This document shows positions 36,763-49,279 of a stretch of DNA of 64,000 nucleotides, one piece after another. The position numbers and the translations under genes were made by a program. This DNA is from Eledone cirrhosa (Eukaryota): NCBI GenBank assembly GCA_964016885.1, contig OZ024744.1:40052001-40116000 (forward strand), read 5' to 3'. The notes under the pieces are model-generated. The model had not been told where the DNA came from and ran no database searches. It saw only the letters and a program-made list of their open reading frames with translations. Position 1 is the first letter of the stretch, and every line of letters begins with the position of its first letter.

Positions 36763-38830
36763 TTATATGTATATATATGTGTGTGCGTGTGTCAGTATGT
36801 CAGTATGTGTCTGTGTGTACATTTACTGTTTGTCTATGTCCCGATAGAGATCGATAAAACAAGTACCACACATTAAAAGATAAATGGCGTCAATATGCTC
36901 AACTAGAGAACACATAGTAGTCTTAGACACACTATTCCCGAAAACGAAATAGGATGACAACTGCGGAAATACCTTTGACCATACAATGGTTTCTAATTTA
37001 GGCACAACACAAGTACTTCACTGGTACTTTATCTTATTGACCCTGGAAAAATAAAAGGCAAAGTTGACCTTAGTGGGAATTGAACTCAGAACACAAAGAG
37101 CTGGAACAAATGACATCTTTCTGCCAATATACCACCTTTTGAGATAAATAATAATTGTTTCTAATTTTGGCACAAGGCCAGCAATTATTCAGTGCATTAC
37201 TGGTACTTTATTTTATCGACCTCGTAATGATGTAATTTGACATATTATGGTTTCCCTTCTTCACCTACAGCAGCTTCCATAATCAGTTGTGGTTATGTGG
37301 TCGGGTAATTGACTCCGTATCATCATCATCATCCTTATCATCATTCAACTACAGTAACAGACATCCCCAAATCTCCTCTACCCATTGCAACTTTCATAAT
37401 TAGTTGTGGTCAGAGGATTATCCCTGTATCATCATCGTGGTAGACTTAATCTGTTACCCAGTTTAACATCACCACCTGGCCCTTAGGTGTCTTTGAGTTC
37501 ACTCAAGCAAGGTTTCCAATGTGAGGATACTTTCTTCTTTCCTTTTCAACAGCCTCAATGTCTCTGAAAAGGCACTCTTTGAGTGAACAATCATAAAACA
37601 AAAAAAAAAAAAAAATCAAAAACAACAAGTGCAGCAAACGCAACACATACTCATATATAATGGATTGGGTTTGATAACGAGATAGACACTCTGCTCTGAT
37701 TCTGTAGGAATTAAGCCCTCAGCAACTGTTCCGTTTATCTCATGTTAAAGTGTATCCTTAGAATATTTGTTGCTAATTTGAAGTTTTGACTCTAATTTCA
37801 CTGACCTCACACACCCATAAACACATCAATCTTTCTCATCCTGTTGAGTAAAGGTGAGAAATAAAATGTTAAAGAGTTTTAAAAAAAATTACAGTAAATG
37901 ATAGGAATATCTTAAATCATAACAGAGGTAGAGATGAATTTTTATAGTATTGCATTCATGTGAAGAGGGAGGCATATATCAGAAAGGTGTTTATGTTCAG
38001 TGATAGGATTATAATATTCAGATTTTAATTGATTGATGATGTGATAATATCTGTCCATGTAATATAAAGAAATGGAGACAAGAAGATTGAGAGAAAGAGT
38101 GAGAGAGATACTTGTAAGTGGATGAATTGGATGGAGGGATTGATGGATGAAAGGAAAGGATGGATTTTAAAAACCTGTGCCCAAGATAAGCAGTGTGGGT
38201 GCTGAGAATATTTAATTAGTATTCCACTATTAATCTTTCTGAAAGTGGAATGATGGCAATTAGCAAGATAACTTGCATTGATAACTATGACCATTAATGA
38301 TTACTGCCAAAAGCAAATCCTTTATTCTGAGTTTTTCTGGACGTCAGATTATATTATTGATTTCTTGAATGCTGAATAATTATCTCCATGGCACTGATAC
38401 GGAAAGTCACTAGGTCACACATTTTGACAAATGGGAATATAATTACAATATTAGCTGGCCTATTGGACACACTTAAAAAAACAACAACAAACAAAAAAAT
38501 TAAAGTTCCTCCCTACATCCAATGTGACTATATCACCAATGGAGGGCCGAACAGAGGGTGAGGACAATCAGGGTTAAAAAAAATTACTTTGTAATTACTA
38601 TTATAAAATTTACAGTATTACAGTATTACAATTTATATAAGCAAAATTGTCGAACTTAAATAAGTGTTTCTAAAAAATGAAATAATTTTCAATTACATTT
38701 ACTTTTTATTTAACAAGCAGGTTCTCTTCCATAGACTTGGTTGGGAAGGGTAATAGACGGTAAACAAACTCCTCATGTAATAACCAGGTTTTGTTCCAAT
38801 GACAAAGTCAAAAGGTTTTTATTGTTTTAG

Positions 38831-39051
38831 CCCTTTAACATTAACATTATTCTAAATCTACTGTTGTATTTTCGCAGTAAACACTTTATTTCACATAATT
38901 ATCCCACATGATATCAAATCTACAAAATTGTGAGATTATTTATTTTGAGAACAATACCCTAACATAAGTATGAGCAGCCAGTTATAGTCGGTTTGAACAG
39001 AAAGAGGTGAGAGAATTCTGGTGAGGTATGGCCAGTTTAAATGCTAAAGGG
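38831..39051. mobile_element. piggyBac-type MITE
   Basis: TIRs ccctttaacatt / aatgctaaaggg flanked by ttag / TTAA. Homologous copies at 51582-51803, 53495-53700 and (partial) ~16215-16405. Confidence 0.75.
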
Positions 39052-39199
39052 TTAATGTCACTCAACAAGTGATAAAGTCCATATGAGTATGAAAAGTTAC
39101 TGAGTATCAATTTCATATTTAATGAATTATCTGAATAAAGAAATTCGAGAGTATGGAACTGATGGGTAACTTCTTGTTGCCCTGATGTTTCTATAGGAA

Positions 39200-39886
39200 T
39201 GCCTGACTGAGTATTTGTGTTCAGACAAATGGTGCTAAGTCAAAACCATTCAATGTGGGTAGCTGACTGTCATGGGTGCATACTGTAACCTCTCCTGTTC
39301 ATAATCTTCATGAACAGGATTACATGTATAGCCAGCTTGGAAGTGATATCAAGACTGGTGGTGTAGGTTCAGGTGGTTGGAATTTGCGGATGACATGGTA
39401 CAACTTAACTTCTCAGAAGGTGATCTCCGACATGCACTTGATATGTTTGCTGCTAAGTACTGCATAGCAGGAATAAAAATCAGTGCTGAGAAGAATGAGG
39501 CAGTCGTCCTCTCAAGGAAGCCTGTGCAGTGCACTATACATGTAAGTGGGGTTCCACTGAAGCAGGTGGAGAAGTTCAAGTATCTTGGAACCATTTCACA
39601 AAAGATAGAATGCATGAGCTGAATGCACCAGCTTCAGCATTCAGTTATCAGAAGGGAGGTAGGTGAAAAAGCCAAACTTGCTATCTTCAATTCAGTGTTC
39701 ATGCCAACCCTTACCTTAAGTCATGAATCTGAAGTAATGACTGAGAATCACTCCAGGTAGAACTGCTACTTCTCCGAATTGAGAGTTTACAGCTCCGATA
39801 CTATGTACATGTGGTTAGAATGGCTCAGGACAGGTTTTATGGGCAAAGCTAACTGGCAGAAGACCCAGATAAATAGGAGATGGTGT
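39200..39886 (+). mobile_element. Degenerate RTE-like LINE RT fragment
   Basis: EFADDMV...GIKISAEKNE...LKQVEKFKYLGT. Confidence 0.8.
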
Positions 39887-40150
39887 CTTCTTCTTCTTCT
39901 TCTTCTTCTTCTTCTTCTTCTTCTTCTTCTTCTTCTTCTTCTTCTTCTTCTTCTTCTTCTTCTTCTTCTTCTTCTTCTTCTTCTTCTTCTTCTTCTTCTT
40001 CTTCTTCTTCTTCTTCTTCTTCTTCTTCTTCTTCTTCTTCTTCTTCTTCTTCTTCTTCTTCTTCTTCTTCTTCTTCTTCTTCTTCTGCTTCTTCTCCTTC
40101 TCCTTCTTCTTCTTCTTCTTCTTCTCATCACCACCATCATCATCATCATC
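39887..40150. repeat. Long (TTC)n triplet array followed by (CAT)n
   Basis: Uninterrupted TTC for ~200 bp, then degenerate. Confidence 0.98.
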
Positions 40151-40375
40151 TCCAACAGAAAAAACCCTCTAGTTTTTGCAAAGACAAATGTTTCATTAAC
40201 ATTTCTAATTATTTCAGTTAAGCATTTTATATTTTTTATATATATATATATTTATATATTTCATTTAAACTGTTTTAAAATATTTTAGTTGTTGTTGATT
40301 CCACCTGGAATGTAGCTGAATAATATTTGTTTTCTTTCGTGCTATGCAATAGCTGTATTTATATTAACTGCTTTT

Positions 40376-40409
<34 letters not shown>

Positions 40410-40624
40410 TTTATTTGATAGCCTTCTCTCAGATTATCAAATAAATCCTCCATCATAATCAATATAATGGTAGCTGACATCATTACCATTCTACTTGCAT
40501 TGCTATTCCTGCTGTACTGAATACATTTTCTCCATTCAACACATTTATAGTAGTAATATCCACCTTTTTTTTATTAAAATTATTTTACTGATCAAAAACA
40601 TTTCAAATGTAAGAATTATTATTC

Positions 40625-42345
40625 CAGGCACCTCATTGTCAAGCCTGACATGAGGAATGCTTTCAGCTCTTTATGTCGGGATCACCTGCTCGAGGCCTGC
40701 CCATGGGCCTACCTGTCATATGGAGCTCCGAGCATGCTCCTTGCTGCTGATTCGGTCATACCCTCGGCTACTGGGGTTCAACAGGGCGACCCTTTGGGAC
40801 CCCTCCTGTTCGTCCTTGGTATTGACCACATCGCCCTGAGTATCATGGCCCCTCTCAACATTTGGTATCTGGATGATGCTAGCGTTGGGCGGGCCCGTAC
40901 GGATGGTCTGCCATGACCTTCAATTGGTGGTTCCTGCCCTGGCAGGAATCGGCCTCCAGGTCAACTCAGCCAAGTCGGAGGTGGTGAATGTCAGTCTCCA
41001 TGCTGCGAGCTTTACAGCCTCCGTCTTGGATGTGTGGTCCATTCTCCGCCAGGTTCAGGTGACCTCCAAAGAGGATGTCCTCATCCTCGGGTCACTGATC
41101 CACCCGCCGGCCATCCGCTCCACCATCAGGTCCAGGCTTCAACAGCTCTAGACTCTCACGAGCCGACTGGGCTTGACTGACGGCCACCCAGCTCTCTTTC
41201 TGCTGAGGAACTGCTTCGCCATGCCGAAGCTCCTCTATGCACTCCGCATCGCTCCGTGCTACACCCAGACATCTCTCCTCGCTGACCTCGATAATTGTAT
41301 CTGAGCAGCAGCCAGGGAGATATGCAACGTCAAGTTTGACGACATAGGGTGTCAACAGGCCATTTTACCTGTCAGGTATGGTGGCCTTGGCCTCCGGTCC
41401 CCGATCTCACTAGCTTTGTCGGTGTATCTTTCGTCGGTAACCTTGTGCCACATCCTCATCAGAAGGGTTCTTCAAAACACAACAGAACCCTCTGTGTTCA
41501 GAGAACGTGAGGCCGCCTGTGAGACGTGGGACCGGCTGGGACTTAGCCCAGTAGATGTCCCTCGTCCTTCTCTCCCTGTTGACATCAAGTGCAGTCTGGC
41601 CTCAGTGCAGCCTGGCCTCAGACAGGCTCACGCGCCAGCTTGACCAGTACCACCTTGCTTGTTTACGTGCGGCCTCCAAACCCCAAAGTGGTGCCTGGCT
41701 CCATGCCCTGCCCTCCTTCTCCACTGGCACGCAGCTAGACAACCATAGCCTGCACATCGGTATTTCCCTGAGGCTCGGCCTCCGGATCTGCCAGTCACAC
41801 CAATGTCGCTATGGTTCCACTGTGGACTTTTTCAGCCTCCACCAGCTTTCTTGTCGCCATAGTGCCAGCCGCATTCCACGCCATGCTTCCCTCAACGAGG
41901 TCATTAAGCATGGCTTGGACGCTGCAGACTTCCTTTCCCACTCGAGCCGGTGGGGCTGGATCGAGGGGATGGCAAAAGGCCAGATGGCATGACCATCTTC
42001 CTGTTCCGCGGTGGCAAACTCCTCGTCTGGGATGCCACTTACACTGATACTTTCTGCAGCTGCAACCTGGTGCAGTCTGCGACTGACCCAGGTTCTGCTG
42101 CACGTCAGGTTGAGGGGGCCAAACTCCTCAAATACCGGTCGCTCGCTGACAGGTTTGCGGTCGTACCCCTGGCAGTGGAGACTTCTGGTGTCCTCGGCCC
42201 CAGGGCTATCTCCTTACTCACCACCATAGGCGCTGAGCTGGCCAGCTGCAGGTGTGAGCCCCGCGAGTTGGAGTGGCTTTTCCAGCGCGTCTCCCTTGCC
42301 GTCCTCCGGGGAAACGCCTTCTCCATTCTGTCCGCCGGGGCTGTG
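40625..42345 (+). mobile_element. CRE-clade-like non-LTR retrotransposon (RT plus CCHC plus RLE), 5'-truncated and frameshifted
   Basis: DMRNAF, GVQQGDPLGPLLF, WYLDD, GGLGL, SGAWLHALP, LRLG, RH, RPDG..WDAT, KY..L, AVETSG.LGP and LFQRVSLAVLRGNA motifs. Confidence 0.88.
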
Positions 42346-43114
42346 GGTGGGCCCTATCGCGCACCGTTGTATTTGTTTTATACAGATATTAACTCATCAA
42401 TTCCTTTTAATTATATTATACTTGAAAACTATATTTATTATTATTATTTATTATGTTATTGTTTTTGATACTGTTATAATAATTATTATTAATATTTAAC
42501 TTTTGTATTTCTTAATATATATATTTATTATCACCATCACCGTTTAGCGTCCATATTTTCATGCTTGAATGGGTTAGATGGGTCATCCACACAAGGAGGC
42601 AAATCTGGCCAGAATTGGCTGTCGCACCTTGCTCTAGTGAGGACTGTAAATTTGGCCGGGTATTTTACAGCTGGATGCCCTTCCTAACATCAATCACATA
42701 TAGAGTGTGGAACTGGATGGCTCTGTTATGAGGTGGGACAGGCCAGTTGGCTGCACCAAACCCATCTCACAATGGAACCATAGTTTTGGAGCCCGACCCA
42801 TCTCACAACGATATATATATATATATATTCATCATCATCATCATTTAATGTTCCCTTTCGCTTCTAGCAAAGGTTAGATGGGTCATCACAGACTGAGTCA
42901 GTACTTAGGAGGTGCTACTAACTTCTCAGATGGACCAGGGGCCTGCATCTCACTTACATACGTTTCTGGATTCTACCAAGAGCTCAGATGGGTTGGAGGT
43001 CTGCATCTTACATACATGCATTCTTGCAATCTGTCTAGTGCATTTTATTGTGGTACCTGCACTAGGAAGTATGTCATACCTTTGACACCGCTGATTCTCC
43101 TTTAGCAGGTTTTC

Positions 43115-43560
43115 TAGTTAGATGGTGAAGAATCTTTCACTCTGTCTGTAAAAAAAAGTCATCAACAGCAGATGTGATGTCATCATCACAACAATACCTC
43201 TTCCCAGCCAAGTATTTTTCATGTTGGGGAGCAGATGATAGTCAGATGGGGCCAAATCAAGAGAATAGGGAGGGTGATCAACCAGTTCAAAGCCACAGTC
43301 ATGCACAGCAACCATTGAAGCTAAGGACTTCTCTGCTGGAGCTTTGTTCTGATGAAACAAGACGCCTCTCATCAGTTTTCCTTGTTGTTTGGTCTTGATA
43401 GCCTTTCATAACTGCTTTGGAAAGTTGGTATAATACTTTCCATTGATGGTGTATCCTTAGTCAATATCCTTAGTCAATAAACACAATGTGTTTTGCATAA
43501 AAAAATGCAGTTATTAATAAGAAGAGTTGAAATTGAGGCATGCAAAATTTCACAACTCTA
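43115..43560 (-). mobile_element. mariner transposase remnant
   Basis: GVLFHQNKAP...HPPYSLDLAPSDYHL matches the YSPDLAPSD motif. Confidence 0.85.
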
Positions 43561-44204
43561 GTATCACTCCTTCATAGTCAGCCTATCAATGTGTCAGCCC
43601 ACTCTTGTATGGAGTATACTGGGTGCACCTGACAGCTAAATGAATATGTGGTAAACTGAGAGAGTGAGAAGAGAGAGAGAGAGAGGTAGAAAGGGAAAGA
43701 GTATTAGCCAGCAGTCAGTTACCAACTAAGACAGGTGAGCAGACAGTGAATTATAGGGAAAGACAGTAAAGTGAGAGTATAAGAGACAGCATGAGTCAGA
43801 TAAAAGATGTGAACAGAGAAAATGTAAAGCTCTATGATATAGTGGAGATATAGTGAAGAAATTAGAAAGGTAACACGATAAAATAAGCATTGTGGAAGTA
43901 GAAAGCAGTGACTGTGCTGAGTGAGGTACAAGAGAGAGAAAGAATTATAGATTGGTGGATTAAATAGATAAATTGATAGGTGGAAAGTTAACAGTGTACG
44001 AGTGGGGAGAGCGAGAGAAAAATAGACAACAGTCAGCAGAAAGTGATATAAGTAGTCAGGATATCATACAGGCTATCAGCCAGAGGAAAGAATGAGTTAG
44101 CCTTGGAGGTATTGAAACTGAGGCTTCAAAGGCCCATAACTAAAGTAGTATAAGGTATCTTGTTTTCTGTTGTACTAGAGATTCTGCCAATCCACTATTT
44201 TGGT

Positions 44205-44386
44205 GATAATGGTGATAATGGTGATGATAATGATGATGATGGCAATGCAAGGATGGTTATGTTGATGTATATGCAGATACAAATGAAGTTGATGAAGACG
44301 ATGATGGTGATGATGATGATGATGGTGATGATGATGGTTATGATGATGATAATGATGGTAATGATGATGATGATGGTGATGCTGCA

Positions 44387-44463
<77 letters not shown>
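44205..44463. repeat. (GAT)n then (TAT)n microsatellite
   Basis: Directly visible; forms the 5' flank of the Tx1 element. Confidence 0.97.
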
Positions 44464-47400
44464 GAATGCTATGGTTGACGGAGGCTCGGCTCTGTAAGGT
44501 ATTGTAAATTTTGACCGCTATAACAATTGTAAATTGTTTAAAACTTTAACCAACTTGTAGACAAAAACACCCTCCTCCTCGTGATAGGGGTCTTTCTGCC
44601 CGTTATTTGGCCCTTCGGGGTTAAATAACCGCTTATTGGGGTTTTGTGCCCAATATTTATTTTAAACAAAAAAAACAACATGGCTAAGAAAAATAATTTT
44701 CATAGGTCACTCCCACTCATTCCGTCTTCTTCTTCCTCAATCGTCACTACAGCAGAGAGAAGATTGTCTCTCTCCCTCCCTTCTCTTTCGCAAGCGACGC
44801 CAGAAAAGAAAAATCACGTGCAAAGCGTGCAAGATTTCTCCACGACGACGACGACAACGACGAAAAAAGTGTGCGGGAAATACGAAAACCCATTTCATTC
44901 GTCTGACGTCAGGAATAATAGCAGTAGCAGCCGTAATAACAGTGACAAGGAAAACAGCAGCAACAGTGACAAGGAAAACAACAGTAGCAGCCGCAACAGC
45001 ATCAGCATCAGCAGCATAAACAACAACAGCATTAGCAGCAACAGCAACAACAACAGCAGCAGCAGCAACAACAACAACAACCACAGCAACAGCGGCGGTA
45101 GCAGTAGTCGTAGTACCTGCAGCAACAACAAAAGTAACAGCAGCTCTGACGACAACAACAACAACAACAACAACAGCAGCAAAGAAAAACCAATCTCGTT
45201 TGCAGGTATCGCAAAGAACCTGGAAACCATCCTCATAACAAATGAGGAATTAGAGGAAGCGAAGAAGATGGTGACGAAAACAGGACACCGAGCAATCTGC
45301 AAGGCAGCCGAAAAGTTTTTCGAAACCCAACAGCACTGTACGGTCACGTACCGTACAGTAAGCACAAAAACCCGTAGGGTTGAAAGAGCCACAGAGGCTC
45401 AAATACAAAAAGCCTTAGGGTCTGTGTGGCAGCGGAAAATGCACATCACCCGAGGCAAGAAATATGCCACCGTAGACGTGCCTTTTGCCACACCCTAGGA
45501 GGCAAAGGCTCAATCCTTAGTGACCCTAAGGAGCGAGGAAATGGTGTTGGTGCCTTCCTACTGCGGGCAAAAAATTGTGAGGGTCAAACTGACCCATGTC
45601 CCCCCCGGGATGGCCCCTTCTTGGCTGTCCGCGTCTGTCCTCATCGGAATCGAGGACAAAACAACTGTACTGCAAGTACAGAAAAAAGTAAGAGTAGATT
45701 GGGTCGGCACCTCTATTGAGATGTTAATCCAAATCAACCAGGAGTGCATCGAAGCTATCCCGGATGTGATAGACTTCGATAACGGCACTCAACTGCCAAT
45801 GAGTGTTGAGGGCAAACGCCCGAAATGTTTTCGCTGTGGATCGTAGACTCACCTCAGGGCCTTCTGCAACGAGAAGACCATGAGAAAGGAGAAAACCCCC
45901 CTCCTTCCGAAACCGGCTCCACGGCTATCAGCAACAGAACAAGCGGCAACCAGGAACGATAGGTCCGTGGCACCCATACCCACGCTGCGGAAATCAAAAA
46001 CAGCAGCAGCAGTGGAAGTATTAACAACAACAACAACAGTAATACCAAATGCAGCTGCAACAGAGACTCCAGTGCAAACATCACCAACAACAACAAGTGA
46101 AAGAGTGGAGCTGGTACCCCTCCCCGACCTCACAGAATCAGACATGGTGTGTGAGGTGGGAAAGGGATGGCAAAAGGTCGTAAGAAGGCACAAACGCAGA
46201 AGCAGCGCATCGTCGCCTTCGAAAAGGGAGGAAAGAAATGAAAAAAGGGTAAAGGCTACTGCAAAGAGACTCTCAGCAGCAACACCACCAACACCACCAC
46301 CACCCACACTAGCACCACCATCACCACCGGCGACAACTCCACCGCCAACAACAACAACATCTTCAACACCACCACCACAAACACCAACATCGCAAACACA
46401 ACAACAAAACACACACACACCCAGCAACAACGACAAGAAAATAGCAGAACCACACCCCACACCCAGAAAAACAAATGCACGGCAATAAATACACACAACA
46501 AGAAACTAATGACTTACATAATTAAACACACAGACATTTCACAGCACGACTACATAACACCAGCACCAATCAAAACGCCAACTAACATAAGACTGCTAAA
46601 AATAGCACAGAAACAATACACAAACATTAAAACGAAATTCCCCAACGCAGTTGGTGATTTCAGAGATCTAGGAGGGACTCTCAACCGAAGAGTATATTCG
46701 GACATACTCATAGAAGAGCCGACAACCAGCCGAAGGGACGATTCAACGGTCCCTTCACCAGACGATCAAGTGAAAAGGGATGGACAAACCATCCTTCCTC
46801 TACGAAAAGTACGGTAAGTGGTCTTTCCCATCTTTTCTACTCTATTTTAAACATGACCTCACTCAGAATAGGCAGCATAAATGCGCGTGGCTTGGGGTCG
46901 TCATGGAAGCAGGGTCACCTGCTCAACGACCTCAGGTCAATAAACATAGATGTAGTGGCCATCAGCGAGACCAGAATCTCTGAAGCACGGGCCTTCGCAC
47001 CGATCTTCGGTGGCTACGATGTGTACGCATCTCCCAGCCGTCCTGGATCGGGGGGAGGAGTTGCTGTGCTTTTTCGGAGAGGTTTGGATCTCGCCATACG
47101 GGCCATCTTCCTGGACCCAGAGGGTAAGTTGGTGGTGCTGGACGTGACCAGCGGAGACGGGCAAGCTTTCAGTCTAGTGGGCGTCTATGCCCCGACAGGA
47201 GCAGGGCGGCCTGATTTCTTCCGGGGTCTGGAAACTTTTCTTGGAACGTCCCGCTCTTTAGTGTTAGTGGGCGACTGGAACGGGTTCTTAGATGCACGCT
47301 GGGACTGTGTGGGATTAGCGGATAGGGGTGGAGGGTGCAAGAGCCTCACCAACCTGCTCAGGCGTTTTGAACTGTCTGACAGGTACCGATTGGATTTCCC

Positions 47401-48939
47401 GAATGTGCCAATGTGGACTTGGACAAATCGAATAGGGTCATCCAGATCATATCTAGATAGAGTATTTTGTAGGGAAATAGATAGGTCTAGCATAGGCTGT
47501 CCACAATTCAAGATAGTCAGCTACACGGACCACAAATTCGTGATCTGTGTGCTTGACTTAGATATGCTTCATAGACGAGGACCCGGCTACTGGAAGCTAA
47601 ACACGTCCTTACCAGCGCGCAAGGCCTACAGAGACTGGATTAGCGAACTAGTTATGCGGGCGTTGACGGGGGCCATCGTCAACAACAAGTGGTGGTTTGC
47701 TCTGAAAAGAGCGATTAGAATAGAATCCATTAGGTTTAGTAAGGCTTTTTGTGGAAGGGACGCACTCCGATGGTCAGGCGGTCCATCTGCTGTCAACACC
47801 CGCTACGTGGAGGGCTGGGAATGCTGTGGCTGATGATGCGCAGACACGCGCTCAGGCTACGACATCTCCACCTCTTCCTCGATGGTGATCAGGTGTGGTC
47901 GCCGTTTGCTAGACGCGTATTTCCCCAGCTCATTTCCTTGATGGAGCTGCAGTCCTGGGTCAAGCGAAGGGCGAGAGGGAGCGCCTGGAGACTGGAATGT
48001 CTTCAGGCGCTCACAGCCCTCGACCAATCGGGCAATGTGATCGGTGGAAACCCCACCTCGGCGTTCTATAGAGGATTAGTGGAGGGGAAGAGCGACGACG
48101 TACTTGGAGAAACTCTAGGCGTCGACGAAAATCAACTAGCCAATCTCTTCGAGAGAACTTTTGAGCCGGGACCTATGGATAACTTCCAGAAATCTCTGGC
48201 CTGGCAGTGCTACCGAGGAGCTTTGCCAGTTCAGGATAAACTCTACAGGCATGGAGGTGCCGTCAGCCGGGCATGTCCGAGATGCGCGCAGGGCGACGAA
48301 ACCGTCCTGCACGCACTCGTCCAGTGTCCGAAAATTGCCGACTTGTGGGTTTATGTCAAACACCTGCTGTCGCGTGTAGGACGGATCCGGCCATCAGCTG
48401 AGTCCATCGTGAGGATTGCCCCGCCCTTTTCCTTTAGCCGGGAAGGGCAGGCAGTTTTTATCTGTCTGGTGGCCATGGCGAAAGAGATAGTATGGTGGAC
48501 ACGTTTGAAAGGGCTGAAGACGAGCACTTACCTCTTCGGTGATGCCCTGATTGACTTTTTCAAATTTCATTTGAAAAGGAAAATCAGGGTAGAGAGGGAA
48601 GTGCTCTCTTCCCAGCATTTTGTTGAAAGATGGGTGAGAGAAGCAAGAATGGCTCGAGTTAATGGGCCAACTCTGAGTACGTATCTGTAAATTAAAGGTG
48701 GAAAACTGGGAGAGGGCAATTGCCTTGGTCGTCAGGGTCACTGTGGCCTTTTACTGGGCTTTCTCCACAAATGTCCCTCTGAAGTCTCCCCCCTATTGGG
48801 GAATTTTTCATTGTTATTTTTTTGTTACATCCTCTGTTTTTGTTTTTTACATGCAGAAATGCCCATTTGTACCGTACTGTATTGTCCTACACTCTCCTTA
48901 ATGTCTACTTTATGTAAACCCTTGTGGTTAATAAAGAAA

Positions 48940-48971
<32 letters not shown>
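44464..48971 (+). mobile_element. L1/Tx1-clade LINE with both ends, ORF1, endonuclease and C-terminal domain but lacking the RT domain
   Basis: ORF1 44680-46817 has two stops, a frameshift and the knuckle CFRCGS*THLRAFC. The EN ORF from 46853 is joined at ~47745 to the post-RT region (GGLGMLWLMM...CPRCAQGDETVLHALVQC). It ends aataaagaaatc(att)n. Confidence 0.93.
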
Positions 48972-48973
<2 letters not shown>

Positions 48974-49008
48974 AATGGTTTCTTTCTATTTCCCTCTAAT
49001 TGGTTCAG

Positions 49009-49182
49009 GTTGTAACCGTAGATGCCCGGAATCATGGCAGTAGTTTCCACAAAGCCAGCATGACATATGAGGAAATGAGTGATGATTTAGTGCAGCTGAT
49101 GTCCTCTTTGAAAATTCCAGAAGCAATTATCGTAGGTCACAGTATGGGAGGGAAGACTGCAATGATTACTGCTTTAAAATAT
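49009..49182 (+). CDS. ABHD11: Internal coding exon of ABHD11 (nucleophile elbow GHSMGG)
   Basis: Acceptor ...tctttctatttccctctaattggttcag| and donor TAT|gtaagt, 174 nt, phase 0-0. Encodes VVTVDARNHGSS...VGHSMGGKTAM, the ABHD11 signature. Confidence 0.95.
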
Positions 49183-49279
49183 GTAAGTCTGATTCTTTTA
49201 TTTTTTTACTGGTTTCAGTCATTAGACTGTGGCCATATGTATATAATGTCTTTAGTCCATCATTTTTTATATATATATA

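Noticed and set aside
37270-37440. Imperfect direct repeat (cataat.agttgtggt...gtatcatcatc, twice)
   Set aside because: Only two degenerate copies, and I can assign no family or function.
39779-40288. Poly-Leu/Ser/Arg ORFs
   Set aside because: Artefacts of the (TTC)n tract.
40280-40323. ttttag followed by VVVDS as a further ABHD11 exon
   Set aside because: It lies between two exons that already join contiguously, hits a stop quickly, and has no donor.
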